Of a DNA stretch of 64,000 nucleotides, positions 25,669-40,224 are shown piece after piece (position 1 is the first letter of the stretch; each line of letters opens with the position of its first letter). Made by a program: the position numbers and the translations under genes. Where the stretch lies: contig CM052817.1 of assembly GCA_028534125.1 (NCBI GenBank), positions 79,734,001-79,798,000 of the forward strand, given 5' to 3'. Source of the DNA: Lama glama. Taxonomy: Eukaryota. The notes below the pieces were generated by a model. The model was given only the letters and a program-made list of their open reading frames with translations, was not told the DNA's origin and ran no database searches.

Positions 25669-25730
25669 TCTTGGTTACATTAGCCCACACTTAGGTGGCA
25701 GTTCTAATTCATACAGCTAACGCCTTCTGT

Positions 25731-25771
25731 ATGAAACAGTTTTTCCTCCCTCTTTCTTTAAGGGGGTGGGG
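25731..25771 (-). promoter_or_regulatory. IL2: ARRE-2 distal NFAT:AP-1 site and ZIP (EGR1/Sp1) site
   Basis: GGAGGAAAAACTGTTTCAT (25749-25731); CCCCACCCCC (25771-25762). Confidence 0.95.
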
Positions 25772-28700
25772 ATACAAAAGTGGCTCATGAAAAATTTCTC
25801 TTTGTCATAAAACTATGGGGAACATGTGGAGCACCATGTTGTGGTGGACAAGAGCAAAAGTAAATAGTTGCAAAGAATAGATTTTTAGATTTGTTGGTTA
25901 AACAGGAAGAATATTGGTTTCCTGTTTCAGGATGGCTTTACCTTTTTATCTCCACAATGACTGAGCTAATGCATACAACGTGATAGATTACTTCTTACAC
26001 AATCAGCTAGAGAGGTATTAAGATTAGAATACATAAAATGCTCACTGAGCTTGAGGCACTGTTTTATGCTGTTTTAATTTTAATATGTTTCTTGTATCTA
26101 TTTATTAAATCCCTTAGTGTCTGTTGTACTTTTTTCCCCCCAGGGTTTGGTGTTTAACAAATACTCAGAAAAGGATTTGCATATGAGGGTGCTACTAATG
26201 CTAGGATTTTTTTTTTTTTTGGTCCCTCTTTTTTTGAGGACAAGTTTAGTTTTGCTCCTTTATTATTTTTGCTGGGTATCCAGGGGATATAATGAGAGTT
26301 GGAATGTTGCCAGAACCAAAGATGCTATTTCTTCCTCTCAGTCTCTCAGGGGCACCTGAGCTATTCAGATCTTCCCCCACTTCATGTCCATTTCATTTCT
26401 TTCTCTCTCTTTATTAAACAGATTCCTTATTTTTTTTAAAGGTAAGGCAGAAAATGAGCATAGCAATAGGGATTCCCATGTTTATTTGTTAATAGGAAAC
26501 TTGCTAACTGGAATTTCTGGATACCATACATACATTCTTTAGGAGAAAGATAATATGGCCAGCTTGAAATGTACCAATACTGGACTAATTAGTGTGGCTG
26601 GGGATGAGAAAGGCAAGGTAACAAACAGTCCAGGAGCCCATAGTGAGCCATGGGACGCATATATGTGTGTGTGTGTGTCTTGTGGAGTGAGAGCAGTCCT
26701 CAGAGAAGGGGTATTTGGGCTCTTACAATACAGAGGCCAGAACTCAATCAGCAGAAGTTACTGAGAGGGGGATCTGTTACAACTCTTGGAGCACCTTTAT
26801 GGAAAAATGAATAAAGTACTACAAAAAAAACTTGTGACAAATACTCAGAAAATGGTTTACATCCAAGGGTACTGATGTTAGTTTTGTAATAGACTATGTG
26901 GTTTATAGCCATGTATAAGCCAACTTTAAGTTTCTAGTTGTTACATTTTCACTGTTTAATAGATTTAGATTTAGCCTCTAAAGCACCTGAGACACTGTGA
27001 GTATAAAAATATTTGTTATGAAATAACATCAGATCAGTATTTTTCAGTTATTAGATCAGGTCAGATACTAATGTATAGTACAATCAGTATAATGCACTAA
27101 CTACTTGAATGACGGTATAGTTATATACTTCTACTTTAAACTTGGGAGAGTTGAGGAAATCCTTTCTCAAGGAGATTTCTAGTAACTTCTCTGTTTTTAC
27201 TACCTTATTCATTTCTTGTCTGTTCTTTTAAACATACTTATCTATCACCTATGATGCTGTCAGGTATATAGGGAAAAAAAGGATAATTTACAGATACACA
27301 GTCTAGTTTAAGCCTTATCTGTGAAGTGATGGTATCATTTTATAGATTAGAAAAACTAAAGCTCAGAGGAGTTAAGTATTTTTTTTTCTAGGTTATTTAT
27401 CCCTTAATGCCAGTTTAGGGCACAAAAAAGATTTGAAACCAGAATATTCTGACGCCAAAGCCCACACTCTCATCATTTGTATTCCTTCTCAAAGAACCTC
27501 ATACGTAATAGAGAAGACATATAGACAACTGTAATCCCAGGTAAAAGGTGATTACTGCCTCAAGAAAGGTGGACATAAAGAATTTTAAAGAAGAAACGTG
27601 ACTTTAAACTGAATTTTGACAACATGGTTAAAATGTAGATACATAAATTTAGAATTAAGAGGAGAGTGGGTAGGCAAGAAAGGTTACGCATTCTAAGGAA
27701 CACTTAATTGTACTTAAAAAGAACAGAAAAAATGGTTCAATACTCTATGCATTAGGCAATATTCTGAAGAATATGAAGCATCTCCCTAAAATTTAAAAAT
27801 AAGCGTTACAGTTCTTTAAGTGGAAAAAAAATGGAGATTAGAGGCAAATAATTTTTTCTTTAGAAAAGATGAGAGACAGGTTAGAGACAAATAATCATAA
27901 TCTTTTTATTACTAAAAAAATGCAAAATGTCTCTCTACCTTTCAAATCAAAACCACAAATTTAGCATTGGGTCTAAGGGAAAGGCTATTTGGTAATGTGT
28001 GTCAACTTTATGATACTTGTTTCACTTCTCTATAAAGACTTCAGTGTCTCATCCCAGCATCATCAACTTAGGCCTTTACCCTTCCAGAATGGAAGAATTC
28101 ACGCCCACACATTTTTCTGTGTGGGGGCTTTTCCAATGAGGCCTTTGATGTTCTCATAGTCTAGATATTTATATTTCTCCAGCTATTTCCATTAGAGAAT
28201 GGGTCAGTATATGGCTACATTGACGGGACCTTATAGAAAACTGAATTCCTAGGCCCCTGGCTTATCCTCGTTATTGCATAAAGGCATCCTTACAGAAGTT
28301 GGCCCGATCATTTCATGAAGTGCTTGGGGAGAAAGCTGCCATATGCTGTGGCAAACTTTCACTTTTTAACGTGTCTGATGCACCAGCTGGCATCTCTAGT
28401 ACAGTGCTGATAGAGTCAGTAGTAGGCTGCTTACTGCCACATGTGTCACACCCCTTACTTCCCCTTTGAAAATAAAATTTTAGTATTCATTAAGAAGCTA
28501 TTTTAGTTGCTTAACATTGTCAGCATCTTAGACTCAGGAGTAACCCAAGTCCTTTAAAAAGGGAAGCCCCAGGCCCTGAAGGTGCCTCCTGAAGAGGGTG
28601 ATCAGTCAGTTGTGTAATTGTCCATCCATCAAAGCTGACTTTCAAGGATTCTTCCTCCTGCAAAATTTCTTCTTTCTGAACCTCTTTTGCAATTAAAGTT

Positions 28701-30159
28701 GTAAAACTTTACTTTGGTCTGGAGCTTGATGCATGTATTAATGCGTCTCTTTTCAGTTTCTCTAAAGGCCTCTTGACTTTTCAAGATACAGTTCTTTTCC
28801 TTTGCAGTTAAGACATATTGTTGATAATCTCCGTATCACCTAGAGAGAATTTAGCTAGGAGCGCTGTGTTTCCTGTAAAAAATACAGATTTCCTCAGGCA
28901 TAGTCTCATTCTTTGTCTTTATTAGACTGGTGGTCTTCCATAATGTGTTAACACTTCTGTAAATCTGTCTTTGGATCACAGTTAAGTCTCGTTTGTGTGT
29001 GCTCTTCTTCCATGAGGTAAATTTTAATGATGTTCATAACCTTTGGGGATGGAAGAATTATTTCCTTGGTACTTTTAATTTTGCAAAGCGTTTAAAAATT
29101 CATTATCTCATTGAGTCACATTTTGCTGATAAGAAATTGGATGTTTGTGAAGGTTAAGTGACTTGCCCAAGATCACATTTTTAAATTAGTTGTGAAAACC
29201 CCAAGCCTTCCTGTCCCTAACGATCTCATGTATTTCCCATGTTACATAGTGATGCCAAATTCTAGGCCCATTATGCTACATAGAAAAAACTGAATTAAAT
29301 TGCTCCTATTTTCCATCTCACTTCACTCTCCCAGTAATAGCAGGTGAGTCAGGCGAGACATCATCCACCTCCACATAACCAGCACCTTGTCTGAGCAGCT
29401 TTAAGATTCTGAAGAACAGAGAGGAGCTGAATTCCTACAGTAGCTACAAAAACTGGATTTTGCTCATGTTTTTTAATCTCTTTCTGGCGTCTTTTAAAAG
29501 CACTAGAGCTCTTGATGTTTCCTAACACTTCTCACATATCTAAAGTAAGAAGATTGTTGTAGCCAATGTGTATTTAAACTGCCTTGTATTTTTAGGAGTG
29601 CAGTGCTCTAAGGCTGACATGAGGATATTGCTCAAGGTAGTAGTCTGCATTTGACAACTAAGAGACAGCTCACTGCTTAAATGCAATGAGAAAGGGAGTA
29701 TCTTCAAAACCTTTGGAAATCTTCTTGTGTAACTATAAGACCCCTATGACAAGTCACGCAGCAGTTACTAGAGGTAGAACATGATAATCTTCTGATGGTA
29801 ATAATAACTGACATGCAAAACACTTCCAGTTCATAAAGCACTTTCACATCTGTTTATTCCATTTCACAGCAAAATAGCTAACAAAAGAAATTTTCTGGTT
29901 GTATATATTTTATGAAGACCTTTATTTCCTTCATACATTAAGAATTAAGCCTTGCAGCTTACAAATAAATACTAGCTTTCTCTTCTGCCAAGATAAATGC
30001 CTTCATTAAAATTATTGTGAAGGTAAAGTTGTTATTTACATTTATTCAAGCTTGTCTTCATCTGATTGCTCTTCCTACCTAACTTTGTTTCTAAGTTCTT
30101 TCCTCTTCTACAATAGCTTTGGATCTATCATTGACAGTCCATTGCTTCATCATTCCTAA

Positions 30160-30527
30160 TCTTAAAAGGTAAACTGAGGCATACTGAAATTTTTTTTTAA
30201 GTTTATTTGAGCAAAACTCAATTCAAATCAGGCACCATCCAATCTAGCAGATAGAATGGAGCTCTGAAGAGCTGTACAAAATGAAAGATTTTCACAGTCA
30301 GAAGGGACTGGAGGTAAGGAAATTATACCGGGCAAAAAAGTAGGTTGCTTATCGCAAGGTTACTTTCCTATAGGGGACTGCAGAGCTTTATCAGGCAGAT
30401 TACCTAACTGATGCTGATTAGGCAGTTCCTGATTGGAGTTCTGGGTAAGCCAAAACTGTAAGTAAGTCTCAGTTTGGTGATGTGAGGCTTAGCATAAGTA
30501 ATTCCATTTTGGGCTCGTTTTTAACAT
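30160..30527. mobile_element. Solo LTR, ERV1-like
   Basis: aaactgaggcatactgaaa...tttatttgagcaaaa...ending ttttaaca; distinct from flanks. Confidence 0.65.
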
Positions 30528-31189
30528 TAATTTTTTTTAATGATTATAGTCTGATTTTGTTGTTTAAAAATGACAACATCTAATTACAAAATAATGCATA
30601 TTCATTACAGAAAATTTGGAAAATACAAAGAAACTGAAAAAAATGAAAATCAACTGTAATCTTAGTAGATAGAGGTAACTATTGTTATCACATACTGGTT
30701 TGTATGTCCATCCAATCTTTTTTGTGTGTGTGGTACAGTTTTACATGCTTTTGCCTCTTAATCATGTGTTATAAATATCTCATATATTAAGTGTTCTTCT
30801 AAAACATTATTTTTAGTAGTTGCATAGGATCTGTTGTGTGACTGTATTCTGTTACTGGGATTTACATTAATTCCAGTCATTCACAATTATGAATAGTGCT
30901 GTAATTCACTAAAATCTTTTACACATAAATATTTGTGCAAATTTCTGATAATCCTCTTAGGATAAAATTCTAGAGTTGGAATTACTGGGTCAAAGAATAT
31001 GAATATTTTAAGGCTTCTGACACTTATTCAGAAAGTTCTTAACAACTTAGCACTCCTTAACAGTGATATAAGCCTGTATTTCTGTACCAATTACATAGTT
31101 TTCATATTAACAAATAGGGGTGGAGCAAGAGAGAGAAAGGAAAGGGAATGGTGAAATGTATGCCAACTGGTGATTATACACTCAGTTCC

Positions 31190-31360
31190 ATATTTGAAAT
31201 TGGGAATCAGGTAGACGTGAGCACCAGTGCTCTCTGTCACTCGCTGGCTGTGTGACCTTGTACAAACTACTTATCCTCCCTAAGCCTGTTTTTTCATTTC
31301 TAAAATGACAATATGGACCTAACTGGACTCTTGTGAATGACAAATAAAATAGCATAAATG
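31190..31360. mobile_element. MIR fragment
   Basis: ctcgctggctgtgtgaccttgtacaaactacttatcctccctaagcctgtttt...ctaaaatg. Confidence 0.75.
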
Positions 31361-31708
31361 AAAGCATACAATCCTAATCTGTTAACTTTGATTTGAATAA
31401 ATAATTTCACGACTTGTTTCTGATACACTACATCCTCTCCCTTTACCACTGAGTTTTTTTTTTTTAATGATGGCATTTATTTTGCAAAAAATGTTTTATG
31501 TCATCCACGTTTACCAATCTGCCTAATATGAGGGTTGAAAAAAATGAACAAGTGGAAAATTTCACCATGCCAGCATTGCCCATGTTAAACTTAGGTAAAA
31601 TCTAATTAACCAAATAACTTTTAATCATTCTATAAAGTTTCTAGAGATAAGGTATAACAGATATTATTCCATAATATGTCAGTCTATCTAAGAAGATTTC
31701 TATCCATC

Positions 31709-32251
31709 ATAGAGTAGGAAAAGTTATTTTCCTCTATTCTTCTCGGTGCTCTGCTGAGACACCCACCCCCACCCCACCATGTAATAAAAGACAGATTAAT
31801 GGGAGAAAAAATAAACAATTTTAAGTACATACATGTGTAGCTATAAGAGCCCTTAAAATTTTGAGATTCAAAAGGCAACCAGATGATTGAGACTTAGATA
31901 CCATCCTGACCTAAGGAAAGAGGTAGGGATCTGGGGCTTAAAAGGGAGAATGCCTTTCCTGGGAAGGTGAGAAGAGGAAATGTTTGGTAAGCAAAGGTTG
32001 CCCTGCCATGCAGGTAAGTCTCTCGCATAAAAAACGTTATCTCTGGTAATAGCTTCCTTCTTAGTACAGACTTCTCTCTAAAAAGGAATTTAATGTAAAT
32101 TTCCTTTTTAAGTGTAGGTTTCCCATACAGAAGGATAACTCCTATTTTCAGAGCTTCTCCTGTGTCTGAAGTTTCTCAAAATAATCAACTAAAAATAATC
32201 TTTATGGCCAAAGGGGCATATTTTGGGGTAGCCATATTCTGCTACCCTTCA
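31709..32251. mobile_element. Solo LTR, ERV1 MER34/MER39-like
   Basis: aataaaagacagattaa...; terminal ggcatattttggggtagccatattctgctacccttca. Confidence 0.75.
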
Positions 32252-34919
32252 CCATTAAAATTGACCTATCCTGATCTGAGTTGAAGAACAACCTCATTTC
32301 TCTAAAGCAACCAAAAATCTGAAAGTTAATTTTTAAAAAGTCTTATGATGTGCTGAATTATTAACAGTGTCTGCTTGGAGTGCTGTATTGAGAATAATTC
32401 TGTCCTCAGAGGAGAAGGGCATGTGGATATTTAGTCTGCAATGGGCTCTGGATGTCAAGTAATAGCCTGCATGCCAAGTCTTTAATATTTCTGCTCTATT
32501 CTCATGGTTCCTTTAGACCCAATTCTAGCCAGCTTCGTTTTTTGTTTTCAAGAGTAAGGTATTAGAAGCAATTGTGGGACTGGGCTGCCTGCAGAATAAA
32601 TGATCATTGACAGTTTAAAAGGATGAGGCATAGGACATAAATATAAAAATAGAAAACAAGTGAAGCATAAAAAAATGAAGGAAATGTGGGAGCCAAAGAA
32701 AAGCACAGTCTTTTGGGACCTTAGAATATGATCCAGTAACCCCTGTGCACCCCAATAGCCCTGTATAATAGCAAAATATAAATGACTGATATTCACAGTG
32801 ATGACCTGCCTCCTCAAAGAACATTGAAATTATGTTTTGCTTTATTTAAATCTGCTTTGTTTAGGAAGTCAGAGTATATGTCATAATTTTGAGAGAGATT
32901 TCCATTCGAATGTTCAAGATAAAAACAAATTTGATGTTTTAGCAAAAGCAAGTGAAAGCACGTCTTCACATGTCTGCAGATCAAGGCAAAAAAAATTATA
33001 GAAGACAGTAATGCCCAAGAAGAGGAGGAAGTCAAGCAAATTAACACTCTATCAAGCCTCACTCATCATGCAAGTCATAGATACGGAAGGAGGAACCAAT
33101 CTTTGCAAATAAGATGCATTTGTATCTTCTGTTACAGGGAACAGAGGAAGGCTTTCACACCACCTCCTGGTGAATGGGCTTTTTATATTGATAGAGCTTC
33201 CAGAAGTAGTTATATCAGTGGCTAATTTTTAGAGTCAAGCTTGCTTCTTATATAATTTTTTTTAGTTTATGAATATGTACTTTATTCCTAATTCTCTTCT
33301 CTATATTTGACATTATTGGGCAGATAATTTTGGACTACTTACCTGATGATGTTAGGATCCTTGTAGAGCTCATTTCACCTCTTAGGCCAAACTTGTTTAT
33401 AGATTAACCCACATGGACCTCTGTGTTTGTGTGTGTATATATGTGTATATAGATAGATAGATAATCTGTAATTACTTCCTATTTCTTAAGAAATCAGGCA
33501 AATTGTAACCACAGGGTAAGAATGTATTATAGAACTTATAGGAATTGGCAAATCTCTGGGGCATTTTAATCTGATTGATAAATTGTGAGCTGTACTCATC
33601 ACCAATAGACAAAGTTATTTTATCCTAGGAGGAAAATCTTGTAAGTAAATTTGTTGACACTCATTATATCAGCTCTTGCACACAAGTATGAAGAAGCGTC
33701 TAACCATACTGAAGGCACATAGTCACTGAAAATATTCATATTAATAACATTTTTCCTATGCAGAATTAACCTGGAGAAATTTATCTTCCTCTCTCCCGCT
33801 CTTACTTTTTACAGATTTCTCAAATTGTGAGTCTGCAAAATAGGGAAGTTCTTAACAAAACCATTGAGCTAATATTAAAATATGGAGCTTACCAAAAACC
33901 TAATTACATCTAGCGTCCTTTCTTTCCTAAGGGGAGGGAGTAAACCCTTGGTGCAACCCATAGGCCATCTGAGAGGCACCCTAGATGTGGCCATAATGGA
34001 GGACCTTAGAGTTTCATTATTCTGAGTTGAGGTGTGTTTAGGGGAAGCAACACCATGAAGAATTCTTAGAGGTGTATACTTACTCATGTAAGGTGCAGGT
34101 ATAGTTACTAAAAGAAGTAGTTGCATGTTGGCTGCTTCATGGACCAGAATGATGATGAAATGTTTTGAGTATAGCAGGTGGTAACATAATAATGCTTAAG
34201 AATTTTACTTCTTCTGTAAGTGAGGAATAATTGTTGTTTACCTTAGAACTACCTATAAACATGGTGAGAGACAGCATAAAATTTTAAAAAATATTCTCGA
34301 GGTAAAGCAAAAGAGAACTTTTGTTTTCTGTGTAGAGTGTGCAGAAGACAAAGAGTAATTTTTTGTTGCCTCGTATTGGAGGCAGACTGTGTAATGCAAG
34401 ATAATACACTCTTTTACTCCCACATTCCCTCTGTGTTTGGCTATGTTGGCTGTGATGGTTAAAATCCTGACTATTAGAAATACTTGTGTGGTTGAAATAT
34501 CACTGAAAGTTATGATGACATTCTCATATACTCCTCAGAAGAATAAATATAATAAAGCTCTAGTATTTAGATTTCAAGAAATTCATTGTTCTCTATACTA
34601 GAGTAAGTTTCAGGGGATATGGAACAGTAAGATATTAGACTAGGATTTAGGAATGACTTAGATTTAGGTTGTATGGTACTATTTCCTGGGGAATATAAAT
34701 TTAGGTGCCACACCACAATGGTGAAGATAGGACCACATGAGGGTCCCAGATGGCTAGGGCATCAGAACCTGAAAAAAAAGAACAAGCTTCACATCCATCC
34801 CAGGCTCATCTAAGTCCAGTCCTACAGGAACAGCTATTAGACACTGAATTACTTTGAAGCTTCCTAAATTCCTCATTTTTTTCAGACCCAAAGGAATTTT
34901 AAAAAGTTACCCTGTTATT

Positions 34920-35270
34920 TCTGTGTAGATAATGCTAATATTCTCTTAATATCTATTCTTCCTTCCTGCTTAGAATAAGAATCTTGAGTTTTAGCTGGAT
35001 ACATTACTACTCTCCAATAAAGACCACATTCCCTAATTTTCCTTTGCAATGTGGTGTGGCCATGCAGATACAATGGATTCTAGTGACTCTCCTGCAGCTA
35101 AGGACAGGGCACCATACTCTAGGGATGTTAGAGCTGAGAGCTAGGATACCGATGTTTTCATGGAGCTGCCAAATCAACTATGGTTGCCTGATTTCTGAAT
35201 TGTTTTATGTGTGAGAGAAAGAAACATATCTCATTTAAGTCACTGTTATTTTGGGTTTCTCATTAATATG
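34920..35270. mobile_element. MaLR LTR fragment (MLT1I/J-like)
   Basis: ctttgcaatgtggtgtggccatg...tttaagtcactgttattttgggtttc. Confidence 0.6.
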
Positions 35271-35499
35271 CCCTTAGGACTGTATGAGTACATTAGGCTT
35301 ATTCTTTTTAGACAATCCTATATGGTTTTTTTAACTAAAACATTTCAGGTACATTATTGAACATCATCATGGGCTATGAGAGTACAAAAATAGGTTGCTA
35401 CCCCTCACATACATATTTTAGTAGGAAAAATAGACATACAAAGATGTTCCAGTACAAGACCATAAATGCAAGGGGATGTTAAGCATGTAATCTGCTAGC

Positions 35500-36840
35500 T
35501 TTTAATGGCATAAGAATGGACCTATAGATTAATGGAATAGAATTGAGAGTCCAGAAATATACTTTTAAATTATGGTCAATTGATTTTTGATAAGGATGCC
35601 AAGATAATTCAATGGGAGAGAAGCCTTTTCAACAGCTGGTGCTGGGACAACTGGATATCTTCATGTGAAAGAATGTAATTGGATCCCTGCTTCATACTGT
35701 GTACAAACAAAATGGATCATAAACCTAAATTTTAGAGCTAAAATTACAAAACTCATAATAAAACATTGGGGTAAATATTCTTGACTTTGAACTAGGCAGT
35801 GGTTTCTCAGATATGTCACTAAAAGCAAAATAACAAAAGAAAAAAATTGTACCTCATCAAAATTTAAAACTTTCCTATTTAAAAAGACACCATAAAGGAA
35901 CTGAAAAGACAACCCACAGAATAGGACAAAATATTTTCAAACCACGTATCTTATGAGTGATTTATATCCAGAATATATAGAGAACTCTTGCAACTCAACA
36001 ATTAAAGGACAAATAACCCAATCTGGCCAACCCAAGTGGCCAGATTATTTGAATACACATTTCTGCAAAAAGTACACATGATCAAAAAAAGCACATGAAA
36101 AGATGTTCAATATCATTAATCACCAGGGAAAATCAAACCAAAACTACAATGAGACTTCATACCAATTAGGATAACTAAAATAAAAAAGACAATAACAAGA
36201 GTCGACAAGGATGTGGAGAAATTTGAACCATGAGGCATCGCTGGTGGGAAATTAAAATAATGGTACAGCTGCTTTGGAAAACAGTTTGGCAGTTCCTCAG
36301 TATGTTAAACAGAGTACCATGTGCCCAACAATTCTACTTCTAGGTATATGCTCAAGAGAAATGAAAATATATCTTCACAAAAGCTTGTATGCAAATTTCA
36401 TAGCAGCAGTAATCAAAATAGCCAAATGTGGAAGCAAGCTAAATACCAGTCAGCTGATGAATGGATAAACAAAATGTGGTATCTCCATATAATGGAACAT
36501 GATTTGGCAATAAGTACAGAAGTACTGATACATTCTACAACACAGTTGGACTTTGAAAACATTAGGCTAATTTCAAGCAACTGGTTACAAAAGGCCCGAT
36601 TTTGTATGATTCCAGTCATATAAAATGTCCAGAAAAAGCAAATCCCTCATGGCAAAAGTAGATTAGTAGTTTCTATGGGCTGGAAAAAGGGAGAATGGGG
36701 AGTGACTGCTAATGGGTTATGGGGTTTCTTTTAGGGTGATGAAAATGTTCTAAGGTGGTGATGGATGCACAACTTTGTGAATATACTGAAAACCACTAAA
36801 ATATACACTTGTGGTATGTAAATTATATCTCAGAGCTGCG
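35500..36840 (+). mobile_element. 5'-truncated L1 (L1MB-like), ORF2 C-terminus and 3'UTR
   Basis: aatggaatagaattgagagtccagaaat; ggataaacaaaatgtggt; tttagggtgatgaaaatgttct. Confidence 0.9.
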
Positions 36841-37339
36841 AAAATTTTTTGCTGGCTTCACAATTGTGGTCGAAACATTTGCAGTGTGCTTCTGGTTTGT
36901 GGCTAAACTGAAATAATATCACCAAATGAAACTATATTCATCTCCAAGAATTGCGTATATAACCAACATGTGTAAAATAACTATTATTACAATTAAGGAG
37001 AATGAAATGGGTTGAAGTTTTAAATTGTCTTTATTGTTAAATAGTAAAAGATACTACAGAACATTCAATCACAACTCCTATGGTCAATTATCGTAACCTA
37101 ACTAAGCCCCAAACATTGTAGAAGTGGTGATACTTTCTCTTTGAATAGTAAGTGAAAATAGCATCCTAAAACACATCAGTATATTCAGATGCTTGAAAAT
37201 ATATTTTAAGATTAACTGTATCAACAAATACTATAGAAATGTGGCAGCAGTTCAAGAAAAGATGATTCCATAGTTTTCCCTATCACTTGCTAATGGGAAT
37301 CCCAAATAGTGTGAACTGCTCGAAACAACAACAAAAACC

Positions 37340-38085
37340 TCTGCAGTCATCTTTGTTTTCTTTCTTTCTCTTGTACTCCATATTCAATCTGTCAAAATTC
37401 TTGTTCTATCCTCAGAATTTATCCTTGATCCACCACGTATAACCACAGCTATCTTAGCCACTCTAAGCGATTATCATCTTTTGTTTGAATATTTTAGTGA
37501 TTCTCTTAGTTGGTGCCCCTTTTTCAAGTTCTTGCCTCTTTTCACACACAGCGATTCTTTTAAAATCAAAATCAAATTATGTCATGCTGACCAAAAAGCT
37601 TCAAGTGGCTTCTTATCTCACCAAAAGTAAAAGCCAAAGTTATTGATTGGCTTATAAGGCCCTACTCATCTGACCTCAATAATGTCATCTTCCACTAGTC
37701 TCCTCTTTTACCTCCTGTCACACTGGTCTCCTTGCTATTCGCTCTCTTTCCTGCTTGGAATGCTCTCTACCCCAATATCCTCTTGACTTCCCTCATCTTC
37801 TTCAATTCCTTGTTCATGTGTCTTTCACTCAGAGAAACTTTTTTTCTGATCATATTATTAATATTGACCTCTCAGTAACTAGCTCTCTCTCTTCCCTGCT
37901 TTTTCCCCTTCTATAGCTTATTATCACCTTCTAGCACATTGCATTAGTTTCTTATTTATTCATTAAGTATCTATGTGCTTCCACTATATTATAAACTCTG
38001 AAAGCAGACATTTTTGTTTGTTTTGCCTATTGCTACCCTTAGGGCCTATAACAGTATCTGACACATAGTTGTCACTCAATAACTA
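37340..38085 (+). mobile_element. LINE-2 3' fragment
   Basis: L2 motifs ending ctgacacatagttgtcactcaataa. Confidence 0.75.
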
Positions 38086-40224
38086 TAGTATGTCACTCTG
38101 AGAAAGTAGGCTTTTTCCTGAGTACATTGCAAAGATACTGATAGAGTGTTATACTTGCATTTGATAAAGATTCCTCTAGTAATATTATGGAGAAGAAATT
38201 GGAGGAGCTAAACAAAGAAATAGCTGTTTTTCTCATATCAAAATTTTGCAGAAATACTCTATTTAGAGCCTGAACATAGCTTGAAAGGCCTTGAGAAATG
38301 CCTGATTAATTAGATACAAATAAAACCTGAATTTTATTTGCTGTTTTATGAGCATGAGATACAACATCAGGTTTGTATTTAAATTTAATATGCACTATTT
38401 GCTATTGAGAGATTTAAAATGAAGCAGTACTATTATTAACAAGAGTGTTGAAAGTTTGGTAGGGAAAGTTGGAGTGGGGGGAAATGTGGATTACTGAAGT
38501 TCTGACGTGGAACTATTTTATCATGGAAAAACAAGGAAATTGTTCTTTTTTTTCCTTATGAAGACCAAATAGAGTCCATTTTATAGTATTCTGGATGGAA
38601 AAAGTTACTGCATTTCAAATAAATGAGTGTCTGAATTCTAAGGAAGCAAAAGGTGTCCCCTGAACAGAGTTTTGAGAGAGTCAAATCCTTATAAAAGTAA
38701 ACAGTCTCCTTTGTTGATTTACACTATGTATGATCAAATATATATTCCATGTTTTTCTTTTGATATTTATAATCTGAAATGATGAAAAGTTGGGCTTTCC
38801 ATGGAACTCTTCCATTTTGATACTTCTCTTTATGGTTAAACAACATGCTTTTATGGTTTTTTTTGTGATTATGCCATATATTGATAAAAATTGTGATGTG
38901 TATTTATAGTGGGATAGATAAAGTTTGTATTTCACAATTACCACAACCATCTAGTATGACATATAGTTTATTCCCAAACATTGTGCTTTCTATTAATCTG
39001 TGTCTTGCTAATTTTCTGGCTAAAAATAACTGAAAGAGCTGTTGTCTTAAATCAGAAAGCTGAGTGAGAGACACTTGTTTCTGCTCTATGAGCAGATAAT
39101 AATCAAAAAAAAGCTTCTCAAATAGTCCTCATTTGTGAGTTTTCTCCTTCAGTTTATTTTTTCATACCTGTTCTTTCTTGAATTCATATGGTTTACAATT
39201 TAAATAATACTGAAAATATTTTTACTTTAATTTCCAAAAACACTAATTCCACAGTGGATTGATAAGACTGGATTCAAGGATAAAAGAAAATAATGTTTAT
39301 TAATTGAAGGTTGTATTACCATTGCCAAGAGACACCTGTTTTCAGATTGCTCAAGTTACATGGACTGATGTTTGTGCTTTCAGTCACACACAAGAATGAC
39401 AACTTCAGAGAGAAATCTCACTGCTTTCCCATTTCTTTGTAATTGTGCATTTCTGCGTTGAAATGTTGTCTCCATTTCATGAAAACAAAGGCAAACCAAT
39501 CTTTAATAATTTATTTTCACCCATCAATGTCTGCAGTCTTCGTAGCATTTTAGCAAGAAAATAGCCATACTAAAATCTTTTATATTTCTTCAAATAGCCA
39601 TCCCATAACCATTCCACTGGATTTCAGTGTTGTTTGGCCATTTATATTGAGCTTAAAATTTTTAGCCAAATTGTAAGTCAGTAACTAGATACAGAGGAGA
39701 TAAGACATTAAATTTATTAAGTTAGTGGAAATTGGTTAACTTCCCACTGTCTCAAAATTTACAATTTAAACTAAATTATCTAGCATGATATTTCTTCTGT
39801 TTCTCCAGATAGACAATAGGAGGGCTTGGAGGGGAATTGGCATTAGTGAGTTTGGGAGTAAACCCAATTCACCCTACTCAACTGTTCATCCTCAGAAAGA
39901 TTCACTCACCTTCTATGAAAAAGCAACTATCCCCAATTTTAAATCAGTATGAGATCTAAGATGGAAAAACAACGAACAAACCACAAACCAGTGTCATATA
40001 AGAGAGATTTAGATATTTCATGAATTAGCAGTCCTAGAATATCCATCATCTTTTAATTTGGTCTGCAAGAATCTTCCGTAACTAGAGATGTTATTTCATG
40101 AGCAAACACTTTATTAAATTGGAAAATCTGTTTTACATTTTATAGTTGACCACATTGAAGAGATAGTTCAACCATATCTGAACCTAATTTTGAAGAATAC
40201 AAATGTGTCAGGGATTACTAACTT

